Below the pieces are notes generated by a model. It did not search any database. It saw nothing but the letters and a program-made list of their open reading frames with translations, and was not told the DNA's origin. A stretch of DNA of 62,962 bases, the filler included, from Sluysia triapertura (Eukaryota), in the NCBI GenBank assembly GCA_046118255.1. It is 5 parts of 5 records of this genome, joined end to end, with 100 filler letters (N's around TTAATTAATTAA, not from the genome) between each part and the next. Parts side by side here need not be neighbours in the genome. Positions count along the whole stretch, not along the records: positions 51,481 to 62,962 come from JBJNIA010184246.1; 4 more parts are not named here. One strand, written 5' to 3'. Position numbers and translations under genes: made by a program. This document shows positions 54,835-62,962 of the stretch, one piece after another; the first letter of the stretch is position 1; every line of letters starts with the position of its first letter.

Positions 54835-55810
54835 ATGTCTTTGCAGATAGAAGAATTTAGAGACTGCATATTTCAATATTAGGCCTACAATTTTCCCTGA
54901 ATTAAGAAAATTTACTGGTGCAGCGGAAGACCTCGGAGACCTTCTTTTTGAGTACTATAGTATTGCAAATGCAAATGGCTGGAACGAAATCGAAAAGATT
55001 AAACGTATACAAAACTATTTAACTGGAGTTGCAATCCAGACTTATAAGGAAATAGATAATTTATATAATCAAAATAGCTCTTGGCGATAAAGGCAAGTTC
55101 TAAACTAAGATGCACAGTACATGAAGACAAAAGAGTAAGGAAACTGTTTATGAATTTTCATGAGCATTAAAGTCTTTAGTGGCTAGAGCCAAAATTCCTG
55201 ATGATAAGGAAGAAAATGTTTTAGTTGATGAGTTAAAAAATTGCCAACTCTCAGAGTTAAGAGCATATGTAAGTTTAATTGATAATTTACCTTCTAAAGC
55301 TACTGTTAAGAAGTTAAGGGTCATCGAGAGATCTCGAGCCGAAGATAAAGTTATGTAAGTGATAATGAAAATAATTATAAAAATAGAAATTTTAAGAAAA
55401 TCGAATCCCCAAGATTTGAACGTAAGAATTCTAATTTTAATGTTGGATAAGAGTAAATAGTTATAATGCTAGTAATCTTAATTTTAGAGGAAATAATTTT
55501 AATAACGGAAATAATTTCAGAACAAATCGTGCACTAAGGTATGTTGATGAGTTAAATATAATTTTAGAGAAAATAACTCTCAAGCCTTTAGAGGTAATAA
55601 TAATTTCGGTTTTAAAAGTAATAATAAAACCTCAGGCTTTAGTGATTACAAACAAAGACCCGCACAGCGATGGTCAAGTTCTGCCGCCGAATATTTTGAT
55701 AGACAAAAGAATAGTAACGTTAAGACAATAAGACTCAGACAAATATATAAGATTATGTAATATGTAGTAACTTTGGTAATCAAGGTCACTATCTTAAAAA
55801 TTTAGGAAAT
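54835..55810 (+). pseudogene. gag: gag (Ty3/gypsy-type capsid plus degenerate zinc knuckle)
   Basis: PELRKFTGAAED...IANANGWNEIEKIKRIQNYLTGVA; MHR-like ETVYEFS*ALKSLVARA; ICSNFGNQGHYLKN at ~55760; stops and frameshifts. Confidence 0.85.
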
Positions 55811-57699
55811 TGAGATCAAAATCTTACAAAAATGAAAGATTATTCGAGAGGGACAAGCTCAGTTAGAAAAGTAAGGTTTAATGACTGTAAAAATAAGAGT
55901 AAGAGACAGATAAATTATAATTATAATAAAATACAAAATAGTTACAATAATTATAATGAAAAAGCATGTAGGGATTTTGATTTTGAAGAAGAAAATTATG
56001 GGAGACCGAGAGAATGCTCTAAAAGACATTATAATGATGCATTTATCAATGAATTTTCTAGAATAAAGCTAGATGATGACGATGAGGATGAAAAGGAAAA
56101 TAGATATAATAGATGAAAAGAAGAAGATGCTTTTATAAATTACATGCACGAGTATTATCTTAAATATTTAAAAAGAAAACAAGAGTTGAAAGATAAGGAG
56201 TTAAAGAAGAAGGAAAATGCATTTGATGTAAATAATAAAACTCAAATAGATGATAATATTGAAAATTCGAGTGTAACGTCAGATGAAAAAAACCGACACT
56301 AATTCGATTACCACTGAGGAAAATGAATCGAATGTTAGTACCGAATTCAATTTGGAAAAAGATAACAAGTGAATATCTCGAAACAAATACAACAATCGAA
56401 CATAAGTGAAGATGAAATTCAAATGCAAGTGAAGTTAGTATTTCGAATATAACTGACGAGGTTAGTCTAGAAAGCGAAAGTGAATCGGAACCAATAATAT
56501 TATCTGTCAACGAGTTAACTACAAATAACGAAGTTAATGCATTCCTTTCATGTTTAAATCAGTACCGACTAGAAGCAGAAGACATCGAAAATAATTTGGA
56601 AAATTTATGAAAGTCCGACTTACGTCTTCCAGATGGCCATAAAATTAAGTCTATTTTAGTTGCGTTAAGCAGAAAAGAGAGTCCTCGTAAAGTTAAAGCA
56701 AGAAGAATGCTAAAGAAAATACTAAAGGAAAAACCAACAATCTTAATGAATATTAAAATATTAATTAATGATTCAATAAATGTAGTAATGGAACTGCCTG
56801 TCACTGTGAGTGTTGAAATTATTGAGTTAATTAAAATGATTGATTCTAATACTACGGTTGTCACTTATATTTTAATGATAGACATCAGGAACCCTATGAT
56901 TTTTTAAATGATTATTGTAACCCTCTTTGAATTCATAATGATTTATTAAAAGCTAGTATTGTTTATGATACACCCCTTAGTTATTATACTCCCACTAAAG
57001 TTAAAATGGATAGATCTTAATAATAATACTAATACAGGTAATGAGCAATCATATGACGTAATGGATTTAAATGACAACCCACATGTAAGCACATTAAATA
57101 AGGAAACGAATACTCTCAAGAGAATATCAGGCAGAACAAGAAAAGAAGAATACTGAGATCAACTAGTAACTCCTAATTATGTTAATAGGAATACTACAGA
57201 TTTATTGAAAATTATTTACAATGGCGATAAAATTGAATTAGACACAACAAGTTTAATTTACACACTATTGTCAGATAAGTTTGATAAATATGATACGTAT
57301 AAAATATTGTTACCTAAGATTAAGGATTAATAACTAAATATTATTACTAATAACTAAGGATTATTACCTAAATAACTCAACAAATATAGAGATAAGGATG
57401 TAAGTGAGTATATAGAAGTTAGTAATAGGTAAACAAATTAATGCAGGATTAAATAGAGAAAAGCTCAAAATTATTATTTCCTATGTGCTGTTCCAATGCG
57501 ATAAAGCAAAACTTCTTACTAATTAGAAAGTAGATAAGATAATAAATTTCATTGCCAAAAAACTTAAATTATGGATTTAAAACCAAGGTGGTTGGAAAAA
57601 TATAATTAAAGAAAGAGACAAATTAAACTCGAACCAAAATTTCAATAGGTTTACAGATATAATAGGAAATAATAACCTGTTGAATAATATACTACTAGA

Positions 57700-59360
57700 T
57701 TAGGTAACTCCAATAATAATTATTTTGCTTGCTATGTTTGATATAAATATAATTAAAGTATAAATGTAATTAAATTTAATTAAATTAAATGTAATTAAAG
57801 TATTTGATTGGTGTAGACCTCAAATAGGTAGGAAATTTTCATTGCTAGAGTCGAGAAATTGTCCGGAGTCAAGAATAATCGTTAAGGATAATAAGATACT
57901 GAATGTTTATCACGAAAGTAATCTGATAACAACTTTGGTCTGAGAATGTTCAGTAAAACATTGTATTGTGGATATCATAGTCATTCATCAATTATTGAAA
58001 TATCATCCAGTAATTGTTGAACGCATTTGAAACTGGTTATATAAGTTTTAGTAAGGGAGATAAGTTGAAAATAAAAGATAGTGAAAAAATACTTTACAAT
58101 GTAAGAACCGCAGGAAATGTATCAGTATATGGAACATGTGAAAGAGGTTCTATAGAATACGAAGGTAAAATATATTATGAAAGTTGCACAAGAAACTTTC
58201 AAAATCTTTTAATGAAAGTTTCGATATAGAAAAGGTACTATGATGTCACATTCATTTTGTAAAATAGATCAAACTAGTAATGACACAGGATAGTCTACAT
58301 TACTCTATGAATTAAATAAATTTCAGTATCCTTTGATATTTCTAAAAAAAATTAAGGATGTGTATTTCAAAATGATCATGAATTACCGATTGAGGAATAG
58401 ATAAAAAGAAAAAAATAGATAGAGAAAATTTAGAAAGTAAAAGACTTAGAGAGATAGAAACCCCTACGATTCTAATGGCAAATAAGGAAGAAAACGGATT
58501 AATAGTTAATATTTAATATTTAGATGTGGTAACAGAGACTAATTACCAAGGTACTTCTTTGTCTGAACATATAAGCAAAAAAGGGAGTTGATTCTAAGAA
58601 TTTAAAACTAAATACGTACTTTAACAACAAGATTATCAAGCAATGATAGTAAGAGATTGTCAACTAAATAAGGAAATTTTACGAACTAAGTTAGCAATTG
58701 TAATTACTAATCCTAATTTAATAGCACCACTTTTATCTTTAGAAGAGAGTGTATTTGGCAGACTAATAGGTGAAATAATATATACGTATAAATGTAAGAA
58801 AGACGAAGTGCAAATCGGAGTGCGCCAATGAATTACTTGTGACTTATGGAAAATTATAAACATATTTAGAACCGGTAATACTTATTACCAAATGATAAGA
58901 TTAAACCAAAAACTGTGTAATGTCCTAATGCCATGACACCATAATATAGGACAGATTTCACTATCTCACAGAAGTGAACTTAAGACACTAGAAGTAATAG
59001 GCTTAACCGAATTAAGAGGTAAATTAAAATTTTTAGGAACTCAACATATTTTGCACTCAGTTATTTATAATAATGATGATATACAAGCCACGTGGCATGA
59101 AATTTATTCCCAATATGCGATCTAAGGTTTAAACAGATATTGTAGAAAGCTGCTCAAAATACATTGAAAGACATTTGGGGTAGTTTCTTAGTTTTAGGAC
59201 AAGCTGTTTCAGGTCTAATAGAAATTTATATTATTATTGAGATAAAAGCTTTGATCATTTCTCAAATATTTTTTGTAATGGGAATATATATGATATCAGG
59301 ACTAACTTGCGATTAATCATATGATGCTTTTCTTTCTTAGCTAAATATTTACTACATCAC
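57700..59360 (+). pseudogene. env: Envelope glycoprotein, chuvirus-G / class III fusogen-like
   Basis: Signal-like IIIILLAMF; VFDWCRP...FSLLESRNCP; YCGYHSHSS; AGNVSVYGTCERG; DCQLNKEILRTKLAI...GEIIYTYKC; C-terminal membrane segment IWGSFLVLGQAVSGLIEIYIII...GIYMISG. Confidence 0.75.
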
Positions 59361-59569
59361 CACGAAAATTCTCAAATAAATGCATTAAAAATGAACGTAC
59401 ATACGTTAATGAAAACATATTATTACAAACTATACAAAACACAAATATGAATCAAAATGACAAAATTAAGGATATTGAAGAAAATAAAGAACCAAAAGGC
59501 AACAAAATCTTTTATACACTATCATATAATGTATATTATATGATATATTCAAAGAACAATAATTATGGT

Positions 59570-59830
59570 GCGAAACTACCAATGGTTAAGGTTACAATTA
59601 ATGGTCGAGTTATTTCATCATTAATCGACACAGGGTGGGAGCTTCCTTAATAAATGAATCTTTTTTAACAAGTGAAGAACTTAAGAATTTAGCTGATCAC
59701 GTTTCCAATCTTGTAGGTGACAGGAGATTAATAAATTAGGCAAAAATAATTTTGAAATAATGCTAAATGTTATGAGAAATTGCCCGAATATATGATCATG
59801 GGAATGGACGTATTATCACAGCTTGAAGGT
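59570..59830 (+). pseudogene. Retropepsin (aspartic protease) domain
   Basis: LPMVKVTINGRVISSLIDTG (DTG at 59627-59635), SLINESFL, IMGMDVL. Confidence 0.85.
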
Positions 59831-59929
59831 TTAGTTTCCTACTTAGACGAGGTTATATTAAAAGATAAATAAATCACATGCTGACAAACAAATAATAATG
59901 ATGTTAAACTAATCACTTAATCTAAATTT

Positions 59930-60210
59930 GATTAATCATGTAACACAAAGTGTTCAGATAAATCGAAGATGGATAAGAACTCTATCGTTAATTACAATAT
60001 GTTAACTACTTTAGAAATTTCTATTATGCATGAAACAGCTCTAAATGTCTATAGTGGTAACAATACTCCCATTGACATAAATGGGGCATTGCAATGTCAA
60101 ATTACAATCTTAGATACAAATGTTTGTGTTCCAATACTAGTGTGGATAGATGTCCTTACGAAATAATTATATGTTTAAATGTGATCAAACACTTAGAAGA
60201 TATAATAATT
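59930..60210 (+). pseudogene. Second retropepsin-like domain lacking the DTG motif
   Basis: VQINRRWIRTL..., LNVYSGNNTPIDINGALQCQITI, CPYEIIICLNVIKHL (flap-like and IIG.D-like segments). Confidence 0.55.
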
Positions 60211-61189
60211 CATAGCAGATACAGATTTGTAAAATTACCAGTAGACTCACATATAATTTTACCACAAGTGGTTATTCCGTCTGTAAGCGTTCAACCAAAT
60301 CCACCACAAGTTATAGTATATGATTTCATAGCATCACGCATTACTCCACATCATATACATCCAACATCCGAATCTTCATCCGATAATATTTATAACTCAG
60401 ACAACATCAGTTTCTTTCGGAATTTAATCCGATCATCCCAATATAATGCTCCCTTCAACGTATAGTAAAAGTACAACATTCTGGATAAAATCACTTTCTC
60501 TTTTAAGATTACTATTTTTAATTCTACTATTGTGTATTAGAATCACGGGTCCCACATATGGGTGTGATATCGAAGAAGAAATGAGAAATACTAGAAATGC
60601 GTTAAGATATGGCTTCGAACAACCATTTGTGCTTAAGAATTTTTACAACCAATATTGGATAATAAAACCTATGATGAAAATCCCTATATATTCACTGCTA
60701 ATTCATTGTATCTATTTCAAGACGTTACTAATAGGAAAGCCATATATACTTTCTAATAGTTCTCAATGTCTTCATTATGCTAATAGACCAATGTAAATAA
60801 TGGGCAAATCAGTTGTTGAAAAATTTTACCAGACTCTCCATAATGATACAAACAAATCTCGAGACACTTTTACTACAATTCCCAAAATGAGTAAGTAAAT
60901 TTTATAAAAATAACTCTTTAACGGAATATAAGTTACTAAGTAAGGTCACATTACTATTGCTAGTATTTACTACTTTTTACCTTTTTGGACATTATACTAC
61001 ATCTTTACTTTTGAACGACATGTAAGGTTATTTGTTGTTAAGAAATTGCTACCTTCATTAGTTTTGATCATAATAACTTCATCAGCTAACAATGAACAAA
61101 TATTTTAGTCAGAACATTTGAATTTCAAAATTTAGATAGTGAAGTAAAAGTAAAGGTTATGGATAATAATATTCGCGTAAAATTCATTT

Positions 61190-61710
61190 ATGTTTGGACA
61201 ATTCATTACTACTCATGGAAGCCGCTACTAAATTCCAGATTGAATTTGAGGAATATGTTCAAGCAAATGATTTAAAACCCGACCAAATATATAATGCCGA
61301 CGAGACAGGCTTATACTGGAAGTGTTTGCTTACAAAGACTCCGGTTCATAAATCATCTAAAGAACGTATCACAATCATGTGCCGTAGTAACGCATCCGGG
61401 ACTCGTAAAATGAAACTTCTAGTGATTGGAAAAACAAAAAAGCCAAGATCATTTAAAGGAACAGAAGTAAAAAATATAATCATATTGACTACTACAATCA
61501 AAAATGAGCATGGATAAACAAAAGGATCTTTGAACATTGGTTTAGAAATAAATGGGTCCCAGAAATTCGAGTTTTTTTAAAAGTAAAGGATTGCCACTTA
61601 AGCAGTACTGTTATTAGATAATGCTCCTTGTCATCCAAATGAAAGCATACTGAAAACAGACGATGGCCTTATAACAGCAAATTTTTTACCACCTAATATT
61701 GTTGCGTCTT
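61190..61710 (+). mobile_element. pogo/Tigger DDE_1 transposase remnant
   Basis: QIYNADETGLYWK, SKERITIMCRSNASG, KLLVIGKTKKPRSFK, AWIN..IFEHWF, VLLLDNAPCHP, FLPPN. Confidence 0.92.
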
Positions 61711-62169
61711 TAAAAAATTGTTAATTATTAAAACTTAATATTATTATCTTGATCAGTTTAAACCTTCATAATTTCAGTAGTATATATCCAGTATAATTTT
61801 ACCGTAATCTCTTTTTATAACTAATTCAATAACTATTATATCAATTTTAAATTTCTTAACAATCAAATCAGAACAAAAACAATAATGTACTATTAAATAA
61901 AAACCAAAATAGAATTCATTATTATTAATATGAGTCTTCACAAAATGAAACTAAAATAACAAAAATAAAAATAGCGTTTACAATAATAACGAGGATATTA
62001 CAATTTCTTTAAAACAAAACAACCAGGAGTTACGCAACGGATTAAGAATATCAATATCCAGGAAATTCAGAATTTTAATGTTGGATAAATATTATATCTT
62101 AAAAGAATTAACTGTAAAGGGAGATTCTTACTAAGTGATAATAAAATTCCTTAAAACAAGAAGTAAATT

Positions 62170-62540
62170 GAATTTTTAAAATAAAATAACGAAAGGAATC
62201 TTTCCTTAAATGATACTAAAATACCAAAAAAATGATAATAGATTAATATTTTTAAAATAAAATAACGAAGAAAATCTTTCCTTAAATGATGCTAAAATAC
62301 CTTAAAAATGTCAATAAATTTAGTTATTTAAAATAAAGTAACGAAGGGAATCTTTCCCTAAATGATATTAAAAATACCTTAAAAAATGACAATAAATTTA
62401 ATATTTGTAAAATAAAATTACGAAAGGAATCTTTCCCTAAATGATACTAAAATACCAAAAAAAATGTCAATAAATTTAATTTTTAAAATAAAATAACGAA
62501 GGGAATCTTTCCCTAAACAATAACAAAAATTCCTTAAAAA
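62170..62540 (+). repeat. Minisatellite, 76-79 bp unit, about 5 copies
   Basis: CGAARGGAATCTTTCCYTAAA recurs at 62190, 62266, 62342, 62421 and 62497. Confidence 0.9.
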
Positions 62541-62962
62541 ATCAACAACCTTAATTTTAACAAATTTAATATTTTTTAAAAGAAAACAATTATTTTAGTA
62601 ATAAATAAATTAATAAAATTAAATACCTTACACTAAGCATGAATTTTCATATCTATCATCGTCATGGCTGTTATCTGGTTATTGTGTTGTAAAAATTTTG
62701 AAATCTTTATTTTATACTCTCTCATCATCCAAGCAATTCGCAATCTCACAACTAAACACTCTGTCACACAAATCATCCTAACCTCTTTGAGAATCAGACC
62801 GACAATAACAACTTTGACAACTACATGGTACGGTCTGTTCAACTTTATTAGATACAAAACATAAAAATCTGATTTATTATCAACAATCATTTTCTTTTAC
62901 TCTACTCAGTCTATTTTTACTTAAATTACTTCTCACATTAAAATAACAATCAGCAATACTGT

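Larger units (their letters stand above)
52700..60890 (+). mobile_element. Decayed Ty3/gypsy-type LTR retroelement with envelope gene (LTR-PBS-gag-env-pro), 3' truncated
   Basis: See component features. No RT, RNase H, integrase or 3' LTR recognised in the window. Confidence 0.85.

Noticed and set aside
56160-56864. Minus-strand ORFs of 116 and 101 aa
   Set aside because: Antisense shadows of the decayed + strand retroelement frame.

Overview
Very AT-rich eukaryotic (animal-like) genomic DNA, split into five segments by artificial 100-nt N44-TTAATTAATTAA-N44 linkers, so adjacency across the linkers is not guaranteed. Intact spliced genes are few and have tiny (mostly 30-40 nt) GT-AG introns: a complete VPS28 (ESCRT-I), a stand-alone TIR-domain gene, and two or three small orphan genes. 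The rest is decayed mobile DNA: mariner, pogo/Tigger and piggyBac-type remnants and MITEs, solo LTRs and microsatellites. Two things stand out. (1) A decayed Ty3/gypsy-type LTR element (from 52700) with a tRNA-Lys-like PBS and gag, followed by a chuvirus-G/class III-like envelope glycoprotein placed BEFORE one or two retropepsin domains (gag-env-pro order). (2) A recurrent unit of TGGYGRCCAA motif, AC-rich leader and short basic/hydrophobic ORF, followed each time by different, apparently intron-less decayed host-gene copies (PPP4R3+TTLL3/8, VPS39, a possible TMEM131), which suggests a gene-capturing retroelement family. All homology calls come from manual translation and motif recognition, not database searches.
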